This document shows positions 26,198-38,979 of a stretch of DNA of 64,000 bases, in pieces. Numbering within the stretch: position 1 is the first letter of the stretch; every line of letters starts with the position of its first letter. The position numbers and the translations under genes were made by a program. This stretch comes from Octopus sinensis (taxonomy: Eukaryota), in contig NC_042998.1 in assembly GCF_006345805.1 (NCBI RefSeq), positions 87,978,001 through 88,042,000 on the forward strand. Direction: 5' to 3'. The notes under the pieces were generated by a model. The model made no database searches. It had not been told where the DNA came from and saw only the letters and a list, made by a program, of their open reading frames with translations.

Positions 26198-27715
26198 TGT
26201 GTGTGTATGCTTGTATGTATGTATGTATGCCTATATAATTGACAGGCTTCTTTTAGCTGCCGTCTGCTAAATCCATTCACAAAGCTTTGGTCGGCTTGAG
26301 GCTATAATAAAAGACATTTAACCAAGGTTCCATGCAATGGGACTGAACCCGGAACCATGTGGTTGCGAAGCAATCTTCCTACCGCTCAGTCACACCTATA
26401 TATATAATGGCGGCGAGATGGCAGAATCGTTAGCACGCCGGGCGAAATGCGTAGCAACATTTCGTCCGTGTTTACGTTCTGAATTCAAATTCTGCCGAGG
26501 TCAACTTTGCCTTTCATCCTTTTGAGGTCGATAAAATAAATACCAGTTGAACGCTGGGGTTGATGTATTCGACTTAACTTCTTTCCCGAAATTGCTCAGC
26601 ATGTGATAAAATTTGAAACGGATATTATTATACCTTAGTTTGTGTGTTATGTACCATGATTTGTGTACATCTCACTCTTAATCCTTTAACTTCGAAATTG
26701 AAATTCATATTTATCCTCGTAATAACGTTAAATATTTACCAAAACTTTGAACTGGTGTTTTCTTCAAGACACATTGCCTCTAAACTTGATATGCCTCAGA
26801 AAAAATAGTTTCCAACATAACATTCCTCAAAAAAAACCATCGGTATAAAAAATTGCTTTCTGTGATTAGGGATGATGAAATTGTGAATAGGTATTTCTGG
26901 TTTCCGCAATAAAAGATTTAAAACTTTCCACATTGAAGTCTTCTTGCATATGTAGTCATCTCTCTCGCAGGTATGAGAGATTCCGCGTCGACATATTTGG
27001 TGGGGAGGGGGCGGGCGATGTAAATTGATTTTGGATAATGGTGACGCACGTTCTCACTCCACCCAAGGTAGATGTCCATGCAAAATAATTCATCGATTTA
27101 TAATTGGTTGCCTACAACATCAGCTTGAATGATTGTGTAAACGAAAAGGCAGTGATGATGATGACGACGAAAATGAAGATGATAATGATGATAATGATGA
27201 TGACGACGATGTCGCCGACGACGATGGTGATTGATATATGCCTAGGAAGACAGAAAGTTCAACTTACCTTCAATAACAGCTTATCTGAAGTGGTTCTTAA
27301 GTGCGCGCAGAGGGAATAAAACGCTTTGACGTGTTTTATTACCTAAACCATCATCGTAATCATTAACATCATAACCCACTACCGCTGTATTCATCATCAT
27401 CCTCACCATCATCATCATCACCACCACCATCATCATCGTCGTCGTCGTTGCCATCGTTGTCGTCTTCGTCATTGACTTCGTCGTCGTCGTCGTCGTCGTC
27501 ACAATCATCGTTGTCGTCCTCTCTCAGCCCATAACATTCTACGCCCACTGTTACTTCTTTTCGCATGCATTATTTCGCCCCCACTTCGAGAGAAGCTGTA
27601 CGTTTTTAACCCTCCGTGTTAAGTCTACATTAGCTATATAGACTTAGCGAAATATGTGGGAAACGTGTTTCATAACCAGAAGAAAGGTTCGGCCACCTCT
27701 TTAACGCTTACCATT

Positions 27716-27775
<60 letters not shown>

Positions 27776-28535
27776 CACACACACACACAGACACACACAT
27801 ACACACACAAACAAACAAACACACATACACACTTACACACACGCATGCACTTACGCACACAGACAAGCAAGCAAGAACGTGCACTCTCATACACATGAAT
27901 CCACACACACACATTCATCAACGCTGGCACACGCGCTCTCTTTTTCTCTTTCTCCCTCCTTCCTTCCCACTCTCACATCCATATAAATATAAACATAGAA
28001 CTTGCAATCTAGGAGACAGGCAGATCTGAAGCAGACCCATAGCAGAGAAAGTGTTTCATAGATGAAAACGCGAATGGCGGCGAAACAATTTGAAACACCT
28101 CGACGATTGATTAATTAACCGAAAGATTAACCAAACAATCGATTAGTTAATTGGCTAAATGGTAAACTAACTGGCAAATAATAATAATAAAAGGAAGTAA
28201 ATCAGAACCAGTGCGTGTGTTTATTTTTGGCATAACGACCCTCCCTTAAGATATAACAAAAATCGTTTCAACTCACAAGTTCACAACAAGAATCTTGCAA
28301 ACCAAAAACAAAAGCAAAATATTCATACATACATCGTTGACCTTATAAGAATTTTATAATCTTTCGAGAGAACGTGAAATAATCCTGTTTTGGAATAGAA
28401 TATCTCGAAGCAGACACCTATAAACAATACCACGTAAATTTTGGGATGAAAATCCTTTTTGAATAGAAAAAAGTTGAAAGTTTCCCGTCGGATTCGAAAC
28501 AACATCTGTAAAATGCGACAGAGGGAGAAAGGAAA

Positions 28536-28569
<34 letters not shown>

Positions 28570-28735
28570 AAGAAAGAAAGAGTGTATTTGCACGCGTGCG
28601 TGGTAGGGGCGCATTCGGACGTGTGTGCTCGCTAATGAGTGTGTATGTGCATGCATGTGTGCACGTGCACGCGTGTTGGGGTGCATGTGTGAACACGCGT
28701 GCCGTGTTGGTGTGTGTGTGTATGTGTGTGTGTGT

Positions 28736-28778
<43 letters not shown>

Positions 28779-29182
28779 GTCATTTCTTCAGGAGATTTGA
28801 GTTCGAGTCCCATAACCAGCCTCCGCCTTTTTCTATACAAAGGAGGTTTTCAGACCAATATTTACACGCTATTGTTTACAGCTTTACGTGTGTACTTCGA
28901 GATATGTATACGTTTCCCAGAAAGAATTGTATATAAACACAAACACACACACGCACATGCGCGCACGCACACACATATGTATATTAGTTAAGGAAGGTGC
29001 AGAGCTACTAATGGCACTCTAGGCAGAGCTGAAATGTGCAGCATAAACAGCTGTTCTTTCTCTTTCAGTCTGCAAGCACACTGTGTATACGGGCGTGACG
29101 CTTACATTCGCTGTAACATAAGGTTTTGGTTGAAAATCTATAAATATTTTCTATTGCCCATGCATGTAAAGATATATATATG

Positions 29183-29267
<85 letters not shown>

Positions 29268-29281
29268 TGTGTTTATGTATG

Positions 29282-29359
<78 letters not shown>

Positions 29360-29539
29360 GCGTGCATATATGGTACAGGACATCACCAACGGTGCAAATA
29401 ACATACACACGAGAGATAGATACAAGACGTGGACAGTAATTACAGGACAAAAACGAGTGAAATACGTAAACAATTAGAAAAACGGAAAACAGGACAAGTT
29501 AACACAGAAAAAGGACCTTTCATCAGTTGTCAGCTCTCT

Positions 29540-29580
<41 letters not shown>

Positions 29581-30404
29581 TTCCCTGTATGTATATATAT
29601 ATATATTCTCTTCCTTCTGGAGAAATTCTCATGACATCCAACAACATCAGAGACTTGGAAGTAACAGTGGACAACAACATAAGCAGGGCTACACATATAA
29701 GCAGCAAAGTTGACATGGCCCGCAGAATGTGTTCCTGGATTCTCAGAACCTTCCAGTCGAGAGATTCCCACGCTATTATCCTTCTCTTCTCCACTTTTGC
29801 CCGACCCCACCTTGAATACTGCTGTCCACTGTGGTCTCCCTACACAAAACAAAATATTATGAGAATTGAAGCTCCCCAAAGGTCAATCACAAAAAAGATA
29901 GATGGCATGTCAGACCTTGACTACTGGGGTAGACTAGAGAAGCTGAAATTGTATTCACTCCAACGACGCCGTGAACGCTACATTATCTGTATGATGTGGA
30001 AAATATTCCATCAGCACTGTCCGAATGATGTTGGCATCACCTTCAAAATACATCCAAGGCTTGGACCACGTGCCATCCGTCCACAGCAAAAATCTAAATC
30101 GCATCACATAACGACAATACGGCACAACTATTTCACCTCAATTGGACCCGCTCTCTTCAACATTACACCAGGACACGTCAAAAAAGAAACTGACCACACA
30201 AAATTCAAGAAGTCTTTGGACAAATTCCTTCAAACAGTACCGGACAAACCACCCAAACCCGGATATGTCTCCGCAAACAATAACTCTCTGCTCGAATGGG
30301 CCTTGGTGCCCAAATCCTGAACTGAAAGACTTCGCCAGGTGGTGCTATTAAGTTAGACATGGCCTGGGCCAATACTGGCCAAAACCTTTCTAAGTTATTC
30401 TAAG

Positions 30405-30465
<61 letters not shown>

Positions 30466-33400
30466 ATATGAGAGAGAGAGGTTTTGGTATCCAGAAGATC
30501 CAAATGGCAGGTAAGGCTATGTAAGTGCTACGGAAGGACCTGCACACTATCCATTTGTAGTAACAAAATATGAGCTCCTATCGGAACTTACATGCCATGG
30601 ACAAGAAGCATTTTTACCTATTCTACACAACGCATTCCTTGGATAATGGAACAGCAAGTTTAATATCCAACATATATCTTTATTTTTTTTCTTATATTTC
30701 CCTTCATATTTCCTCTATTTCTCCCTTTGCAAAATAAATTCTTATCTTGAACTCTACTATTTCCTTCTATTTAACTCTCTCATATCATCCCTTTATATCC
30801 TTGAAACAACTGTAAGACTACCCTTCTATTTATAAAATGTCCTAGAAATTTCACAGGTGAAATAAACATTAGAAACTTCAGGGGCTGCTCAGAGGTTTTG
30901 CAAGCATCTATTGCAGTGCTGCAAACCCATCCGTATCGTCAGAAGGCATCTCAGGGTCATAAGCAAAGACAGATGTGTTGCGCCTTGCGTGATCCTTTTG
31001 TTGATATGTATATTATTTAGCAAAAATCAGTATTACTGCCAAAAGCAATTTTTATATCCAATTAAATGTGAAATTCTTGTTAGAACACCGAATAGTTCGT
31101 TATTAGCCTTACGAGAACCTCTCACATAGGCGCTTCATGCATAAAAGCACGCGCATAAATCGTAACAAACGAGAATCGTCTGTTGTGACTGCCGGCACTC
31201 TCGAAATTCGCATATACATACATATGTATATATGCATGTGCATGTATGTATGTATGTATGTATGTATGTATGTATGTATGTATGTATGTATGTATGTATG
31301 AATGAATGTATGTATGAATGTATGTATGTATGTATGAATGTATGTATGTATGAATGTATGTATGTATGTATGAATGTATGTATGAATGTATGTATGTATG
31401 TATGTATGTATGTATGTATGAATGAATGTATGTATGTATGTATGTATGTATATATGTATTATTTATGTATGTATGTATATGTGAAGATTTGCATGTTTTG
31501 TTTTATGCATGTATTATCATGCATATAGTTGCATACCTAGACATGCTCATATATATTTAAATGATAAAGTTATGGAAAATTTTACATATTTTTACAGTTC
31601 CAGTGGTGGATTGGATTTGTTGTCTTCGAATTAGCTGTATGTATGTATGTATGTATGTATGTGTTTATATAAAATGTGTATATAAAATGTGTATATGTAA
31701 ATATATGTATATGAGTATATATGTATATATTAAATTCACTTTAAATTTAAATTTCTCTTTTGAACTGTCAAAATGTTCGTCTGACGACTGCGATCTTTTC
31801 TCAGACACAGTTCTATTGCAGCTGTCAGAAAATCCCGTAATAGCATATAAAAGTTGGTTAGTAACGGACTATCGAATAGTTGTTCACTTTTATTAGAAAT
31901 TTTCATATCATTTTAATAGCATGTCTTTTAATTGAATGAGGCTCATTTCAATTCAAACAGCCCCTGTATATCGTATGATATGTCTTTGACAATATCTACT
32001 AATCATTAAATTTCGACATTAAGCCATGGATTAAGTATGCAGACATGAGACAGACAACGACATGAGAGCTGGAAAAGAACTTCTCTCTGAAAGCATTCCT
32101 TGGCTGATTACCGCAGATATACACACAGAGAAGCTGCATAACTCAACCGCAACAGGTCATTAGAAAAGAAGTGTATACATATCAACAAAGGGATCACGCA
32201 TGGCGCAACACAGTTGTTTTGGTTTCTAATTAAGGTATGTAAGGGTAGCAGAGAGCGGACAAGGCAGTTCTCCATAATCTGATTTGCTTTTCTATATACG
32301 TAGCCAGTAGTGCCAGTCCTGTTTCCCCAACGAACCGAAACAGCGTTTGATAGCCCCATTATTGTTCTCGGGTGGTTGGATATCCTATACTTAGCTCATA
32401 ATATATCTAATATAGAAGACAGCTCTTCAGCAATATGGTTACCAATGTCAGTTGCAATAGAAATGTTTTCACATTTCTCCATCTAAAACTGGAGTAACCT
32501 TAGACTGCAATTACTCTTTTAAGGAGCATATGTTAAAACAGAACTAAAAAGAAAATTGGTTCCCAAAATAACACCCCCACGGAAACCGACTAAATCCATG
32601 AGGGAAGCCATAACAAGCATATTACAGTCTAATGCTTGGACCTTGTGATCATCTACGGACAATGAACGCTCTGCTTCGGATGAGAGATCAATCCATGGCA
32701 AGAAACTTGACCCATCAACAAAACCTGTTGCCTGAACACATGTTTCAACCATATCAGCATAAACAACTTATCCTTCTTTACAGGCATAGTCCTGCTAATA
32801 TCTGGAAGTAGCTCGTTGAAAACTACTGGGAAGGGAAATACGATAATACAAAACCAGTTGTATAATACAAATATGAAAGTTACATAATATATCTAGAAGC
32901 TTTGTCACTCTTATAAACGAGTATTTCCAGAACGGTTGCAAATTCTTCTGTGCTGCAAAACATTTTTAAAGAAGGGCTTTAGATAAATGTGAAAGATCAT
33001 AATGTAAAATATTCTCCAACAGAAAAAACAAACTGAAAAAATCCTAAATGGAAATGCCGAATTATAGAGATATGTTCCTTGAAAATGAGATACATGTAAA
33101 ATGCATGATCTGTGACACTGAATTCATCATAGCAAAATCGGCGATGCATGGCAATCACGCAGAATCCATTGAAAATCATCATGCACTGACACAGCAAATC
33201 ATTTCATCATCTCCACTTAAAGAAGAGCACAGCACTCTCGAATATATTTGGAAATCGAAAGATTTTAGGAGAAAATATAGATATACGAATAATTCCAGGC
33301 ATGGTATAAATGTTTTTTAAAAAAGACAAAATAATGCGAAGTTTATTATAAAAAAAGATATACATTTTATTCATAACACACCTCCCCCATCCATGGCAAA

Positions 33401-36400
33401 AGAGAAAAACAACAAATTTAATTCAGTTTGTTCCTACATGAATCGATTTTCCTTTCGTGGACTTTGGAAAAGTGAATCTTGTTGGTACAAAACGTCTAGC
33501 ATTTACGATGTCTAGTATGTCACGTGATTATAAGCGTCATGAGTTGGTTAATAGTTATTTGATATGTGTAGTACATTTGATATATGTAGTACAGTAACTT
33601 GGACAAAACAGATTGCAAAAATTTTCAGATATATGTTTACATCCCTACTTCCCGTGCACATACGGGCAAAATTTGAATCCAGAACGATAACAGCTGGAAT
33701 AAATACTGTATGGTATTTTGTCCGACGTTCCAAGTATTTTGCAAACCCCTACACAAGTAAGTTCGTAAATAATAAACCCATCAATACAGCGCAATAAACA
33801 CAGCATCTCACTTCAAAACAGAAAATATCAGTTCCTACTACATGTGTATTGTATCATGTTATACTTATTAAAGAAATCGCTATTCATTTATAAACGGGTA
33901 AAGGTCCCATTCGGTCATAAATGACCATGGGATTGCACCTAGAAAATTCCCCTTCGAGGCACAAGCCTGTGAAAGATTGTTTGTAGAAGACCAGCAGTTG
34001 CCCATGTACACCAACCTACCTTCTTCATGCCATCAATGTTATCTAAGGAAAAGGTAAAGACCGATACAGCTTGGCACCAGTGACGCTGTAGTACATTTCT
34101 ACAGATGAGTGAACTGAAGCAACGTGAAATAAAATGCCTTGCTCAAGAACACACGCAGCTCGATCTAAGAATCGAACTCACTATCTCATGATTGTGAGTC
34201 CGATGCTCTAACCACTGAGTCATACACTTTCACTTATTCAATTATACAGCATTTATTTTTTTTCCACTCTAGGCACAGGGCCCGAAATTTTGGGGAAGGG
34301 CCCAGTCGATTAGATGGATCCCAGTACGCAACTGGTACTTAATTTATCGACCCCAAAAGGATAAAAGGCAAAATCGACCTGAGCGGAATTTGAACTCAGA
34401 AGATAAAGACAGACGAAATACCTATTTCTTTACTACCCACAAGGGTCGAAACATAGAATGGACAAACAAAGACAGACAAAGGGATTATATCGACCCCAGT
34501 GCGTAACTGGTACTTATTAATCGACCCCGAAAAGATGAAAGGCAAAGTCGACCTCGGCGAAATTTGAACTCAGAACGTAGCGGCAGACGAAATACCTATT
34601 TCTTTATACTACCCACAAGGGGTTAACACAGAGAGAACAAACAAAGACAGACTAACGGATTAAGTCGATTACATGGACCCCAGTGCGTAACTGGTACTTA
34701 ATTTATCGACCCCGAAAGGATGAAAGGCAAACTCGACCATGGCGGAATTTGAACTCAGTACGTAACGGCAGACGAAATACCTATTTCTATTTCTTTACTA
34801 CCCACAAGAGGCTAAACATAGAGAGGACAAACAAGGACAGACAAACGGATTAAGTCGATTATATCGACCCCAGCGCGTAACTGGTACTTATTTAATCGAC
34901 CCGGAAGGATGAAAGGCAAAGTCGACCTCGGTGGAATTTGAACTCAGAACGTAGCGGTAGACGAAATACCTATTTCTTTACTACCCACAAGAGGTTAAAC
35001 ACAGAGAGGACAAACAAAGACATACGGATTAAGTCGATTACATCGACCCCAGTGTGTAACTGGTACTTAATTTATCGACTCCGAAAGAATAAAGGCAAAG
35101 TTGACCTCGGTTGAATTTGAACTCAGAACGTAACGGCAGACAAAATACGGCTACGCATTTCGCTCAGCGTGCTAACGTTTCTGCTAGCCCACCGCATTAT
35201 TAATAAAATGAGAGTTATTGCTTTGTATAAATACCTATTTTTGTAAATCTGTGCTTCTCTAACATTTTATTAACTAATTATTATTTTCCTCTGCTTTTTT
35301 TATTTGCAAGACTCACAATGGATCTTTGATGTGTTGCCATCAAAATTCGTCTTTGTTATAGGCCCATGACCAAAAATATTTTATTCTCTACTTTTTCTAA
35401 TAACATGGTAATTTTCAGGGATCTTTTCTGTTTGGCAGCCAGATTTCAGTTTCTTCAACTTTTGTTCGAATTAATTTCATATTAGGTGTATTGGTGTAGT
35501 TTTGTATGGTAATCATTGACATGAAATTCATTTCGCCATAAATCAATAAATAAAGAGTCAATAGTTTTTAAAGTTTACAAATTTGGGGTAATTTTAGCCA
35601 ATCGGAAACCACAGACATAGATGCCTGTTTCCATAGTAACAAGCCAATCTGTTACCAAGCTGCTTACCGACGTGGTCATTTTTACTTATTAAATGCTTAA
35701 AGTACATGATGCATGAGGTGGCCGCGAGATGTGCTAAAAAGAATAGCTAAATAGGCTTTGAATCACGCACCATTTTTTTTCTTGCATAATCGTATGAATT
35801 TCCTTGTGTAAAATACAAATTCGCGAAGTTCCCAGAAAATTCATATATATATATAACAGTTATGAAGAGTTATGTAGCATTCCGCCAATATTTCATTTGT
35901 TTACAGTTGACAGCATGTGCAGTCGCGCACAAAATGACAGCTTACAAATCCTGTTTACTGACTGGGTAAAAATAATCTGTAACTTTTTTAAAGAATTTTC
36001 TGTAAAAGTGAATTAGCCCTTCAAATTCAGTGCGGGAAATCACACCAATACACCAAATTTTAAAATTCACTAAACTTTAAAATTTCCACAGGTACAGCCA
36101 AACGGAAAAGATCCCCATTAATAACAACAAGAGTCTATCATTACTAGTAGAAATAGCAGAAATTTGTTTTCAAAATATTAAGATTTACTTACTGTATCGT
36201 CTCTTAACATCCGAATAGCGGTGTGATAATTTCGCCTTTCTTCATCAGTTAACATTCTGTATTCTTTACGAATCCTTTTTGAAGTAGCATTTCGAGCCTC
36301 TGCAGAAAATCGATCAATCAACGAATTAATATAATCTCTTCCTCGTACGTCGGCCCACAAGCTAATTTTAGGTTCAGTGCTTTGAGTTTCTGCGACCCCT

Positions 36401-36579
36401 TTGTTTAAATAATATTTCATACAAAAAAATAACCATTCTTGTTCGGAGAATTTTGAAAAGTCAATGGCGTTCTTCTTCAAGCAGACTTCCAGATCTTTAG
36501 AGGAACTAACTGCTACTTCTGCTACAGTGATCTTAAAGGTAATACCAAGCAGAAGTAGAAACAGAGTGAAGCACTTCAT
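14272..36579 (-). CDS. tyr: Secreted tyrosinase / tyrosinase-like type-3 copper oxidase, 3 coding exons: complement(join(14272..15640,23353..23465,36193..36579)), 622 aa
   Basis: Exon lengths 387+113+1369 = 1869 nt form an open frame ending in TAA. Signal peptide [20 protein letters not shown]; [14 protein letters not shown] motif; Cu[15 protein letters not shown]; Cu[29 protein letters not shown]; Cys-rich C-terminal extension. The symbol is family-level only, not 1:1 orthology to vertebrate TYR. Confidence 0.93.
16004..19960 (-). mobile_element. Near-full-length R4/Dong-clade REL non-LTR retrotransposon (inactivated by frameshifts) in a tyrosinase intron
   Basis: 585-aa ORF with [31 protein letters not shown] and YMDDLKLY; then Zn-knuckle [18 protein letters not shown] and REL motifs RPDIV/LIDVSIP/KLSKY. 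The 3' UTR ends in (TAA)n at 15982-16003. Confidence 0.92.
16940..17050 (-). repeat. (GAA)n expansion (about 37 units) inside the LINE ORF, read as poly-Glu
   Basis: Direct reading. Confidence 0.95.
20262..21446 (-). mobile_element. 5'-truncated R4/Dong-type LINE (RT end, Zn-knuckle, REL), flanked on both sides by (TAA)n
   Basis: [34 protein letters not shown]; [32 protein letters not shown]. (ATT)n runs at 20175-20238 and 21447-21610. Confidence 0.88.
21613..21777. mobile_element. Rearranged copy of the (TAA)n-tailed repeat: A-B, then inverted A, then inverted C
   Basis: Compared with the colinear copy at 4295-4420. Confidence 0.75.
21778..22800 (-). mobile_element. R4/Dong-type LINE fragment (RT thumb, Zn-knuckle, REL)
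   Basis: [39 protein letters not shown]; [32 protein letters not shown]. Confidence 0.85.
23353..23465 (-). CDS. tyr: Tyrosinase coding exon 2 (CuA site: [37 protein letters not shown]+AT)
   Basis: Read manually. Acceptor tttctttttctAG (23467-23466) and donor AT|GTAAGT (23352). The 113 nt run phase 0 to phase 2, exactly bridging exons 1 and 3, and carry the three CuA His. Confidence 0.95.
23968..24090 (+). mobile_element. tRNA-derived SINE 5' fragment
   Basis: gagctggcagaatcg (A-box-like) ... gttctgagttcaaattcc (B-box-like). Confidence 0.7.
24193..25020 (-). mobile_element. 5'-truncated R4/Dong-type LINE with intact 3' end and (TAA)n tail; same subfamily as 21778-22800
   Basis: High by-eye identity to 21810-22330. 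The (TAT)n run at about 24118-24192 abuts the 3' end. Confidence 0.85.
26225..26625. mobile_element. Two adjacent SINE pieces: minus-strand fragment 26225-26395, plus-strand copy 26408-26625
   Basis: ggcggcgagatggcagaatcgttagcacgccgggcgaaatg..gttctgaattcaaattc; the upstream piece matches the 46180 family in reverse. Confidence 0.75.
27150..27520. repeat. Imperfect (GAT/GAC)n and (CAT/CGT)n trinucleotide low-complexity tracts
   Basis: Direct reading. Confidence 0.85.
29625..30405 (+). mobile_element. CR1-clade LINE 3' fragment (RT C-terminus and 3' UTR), 5'-truncated
   Basis: [35 protein letters not shown]; terminal tandem ttctaagtta-ttctaagtta. Confidence 0.9.
31481..31635 (-). mobile_element. 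Severely 5'-truncated copy of the (TACA)n-associated R4-type LINE (last about 155 bp)
   Basis: Matches 10610-10763; (TGTA)n-type runs lie on both sides. Confidence 0.8.
33048..33200 (+). mobile_element. Possible BED-like Zn-finger remnant of a DNA transposon
   Basis: [24 protein letters not shown] resembles C-x2-C..H..H BED fingers. No downstream transposase was seen. Confidence 0.25.
33900..34230 (-). mobile_element. tRNA-derived SINE (apparently full length)
   Basis: Reverse complement of the family at 51222-51570 (ctcagtggttagagc head; aagggg..tcatttatgaccgaa tail). Confidence 0.8.
34258..35196 (-). mobile_element. Multimeric SINE: one head, four tandem ~175-190-bp internal units, one terminal unit with a different tail
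   Basis: Five gaatttgaactcag (B-box, reverse) repeats, each bounded by gacgaaatac. Confidence 0.85.
36193..36579 (-). CDS. tyr: Tyrosinase coding exon 1 (signal peptide, pro-region, RKEYRML motif; 129 codons)
   Basis: ATG at 36579-36577. Upstream acceptor tttttttacAG (AG at 36610-36609) leaves 29 nt of 5' UTR. Donor ACA|GTAAGT at 36192, phase 0. Confidence 0.92.
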
Positions 36580-38117
36580 TGTGGTGTTTATACAATTTTT
36601 GGTACCACCTGTAAAAAAATATATGTACATATATTTCTATTATGTTTCAGTTTTATCTTATTTTATTTTTACATCGATATTTCAATCAATATTGGAATGT
36701 AGTGTTTATTTTTAGCATTGTTTTTTTCAAATTTTTATTTATTTTTTATGAAAAATTGCTCAATGTGTTCCATGTGTTCCAAGGCTTTCCTAAACTGGTG
36801 AGATTAATGCATTAATGCTCTTCTTGAACCTTTGTGGGAACAGCAAGGAAAATTCTATTCTGAGAAGGAAAAACTAGGCGTTGTGATTAGCGTAGGGCCT
36901 GGGAGTAGGTGGACTCAACGAGGAAGATGAGAAAAGAAGAGAAATAATTACGATATGTTATGAGCCCAGACAGATCTGAGGAGCGTTTAAAGATGCATTT
37001 GAAAAGCCAGAGAGAGGAAACTGTTCACTCGTGAACCAGAGATTAGAATATATCTGTGAGTGACTTCATATCAATTAGTCATATTGTTCTTTTTCCGAAT
37101 GCAGTCTAAGTTGTTTGTTCAGCAGTAGCACCGTCTGAGAATACTTGTATACTCTATTGTGGGTCTACTATTTAGTAATTATTGTAGAAGTTTAATATTT
37201 AGTAACTACTGTACCTAAGAATGAAAATTACGGCTGTACAACTGTACAAATCAGTTTACACTTGAACGAAATAAAACTGAAGTTATCTCTCTTAATCGGC
37301 TTCCAATGTGTGGAAAGCCCCCAAAAGAGGGAAGTGTTGGTTAGTGGTCAGAGAGACAATTCGGAGGAGGAGGAGAAAGTGATTAGTTAATGAGGATATC
37401 CAAACAGGAAGTACAAGAACTATGTTGTTTTTGTTGTTTGTGTGTAGCGCCAGGTCATTTCTGATCAACGCATTTCACTTTACGTTGCTTCGGTCTACTC
37501 AGCTGAAAATGAGTAACAACCAACTACTTGTGCAGTTCTCTTTCAATTTTCTTCAACTACCAAATCCTCAATATTCCACTGAGTCAAAGGTAAGAGGGGC
37601 GAACTAGTACTTGTGTCTATACACATCAACATAGTGTTGTAGGGAATTAGTAATAATGGTACAACCCTCCCATGTGACGAGTGGAATGAGACAGCCACTC
37701 TAAGTAAGATGACGTCGGCCAGTATTGAGAGAGTACGTAGAGTACGAGAGTACGTGTAAGTCTGTGTTGATAATTGTGCCTGTGATGATATAGTAATTAT
37801 ACTGTGATACTGAGTGGACGTTATAAGATCCAACATTTTGAGGATAATAACGCTCTACGACTGGGGCTCATACGACTTCGGAATATAACAATATCTGCCA
37901 AAGCGACAAACGTCGTCAAAAGACAGATACTAAAGACAGATAGAACAAAAGACAGATACAAGACCATTTTACAACACATTAGCACTTAAAAACAGCTAGT
38001 AAAAGCAATGTTACAAGCTATCTTGTCATACTTGCTTGAAAGTCCCGCTTAACCGAGGACCATATTGCAGATACGATGCTGTAGTACGCTTGGTGAACTC
38101 AGTCAGAGTGTGACAGT

Positions 38118-38181
38118 GGCTGGAGCATGCGGCTGGAGCATGCGGCTGGAGTATGCGGCTGGAGCATGCGGCTGGAGCATG
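38118..38181. repeat. 13-bp tandem repeat (GGCTGGAGCATGC) x about 5
   Basis: Direct reading; one unit has C>T. Confidence 0.9.
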
Positions 38182-38979
38182 TGAGACTTGCGAAACAAGG
38201 GAATTTGAGTTATTTACTCTGTATATATTTTGTTTTTTTGTTCATGTTTGTCTGTGCTGAGTGGGAGAGGTACTGCATTTATATGAAGTGTTATGTGGTG
38301 TTATAAATATGCCTGAGTGTTTGGAAGGGATTTGTTATGTAGTGACAGGAAATTTGAGTATCGAAGCTTGCTACGACAATATAATGTACAACTCACATAT
38401 CCAAGTAGTTTTCTGCTTTTAATATTTTGCTTTACTGCTTCCATAGTCTGCGTACATGTTATGATGTGCAGTATTATTTTGTGTATATTTGTAGTTTATA
38501 GTATGTCCTGTGGGGAGATTGATATCCCGAGTAGAACCAGCGTAGTCCATGAAGGATCTCAAGTATCGTCAGTATACCGTAAATATCTCTTCCTCCCCCT
38601 CTTTCCCCTACCCTCTCTCTTTCTTTCTTTCTTGCTCACTCACTCACTCTCTCTCTCTCTTTCTGTCAGAAAATGTGGTAACTGCGATATCTTTACATAT
38701 ACTTGTGTGTCATTTTTTTTTAACCTTTACTGTGTCTTCTGCTTGATTTGTGGTTGTTGTAGAGATGAATGTGAGATGAGTTTATGTTCTGAAATGTGAT
38801 GGCTGATAATATTATTTAAATGTAGGTTTTCATATGAATAATTTGAATAAATACTTTTACTAAAGTATTAGTTGTCTCCATTGTCTCTAAAGTAATGGAG
38901 GGAGCCATTAACACTGATATTCTCCAACATTTTGAATAACTCTCTCGCTCTTTCACTTCAGTAACTACCACTACGGCTT

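Noticed and set aside
37600-38110. Possible LTR with a tRNA-Pro-like PBS (tggggctc at about 37862) and a short match to the Gypsy region at 2.4 kb
   Set aside because: No second LTR, no clear TG..CA ends, TSD or polypurine tract, and the orientation cues conflict.
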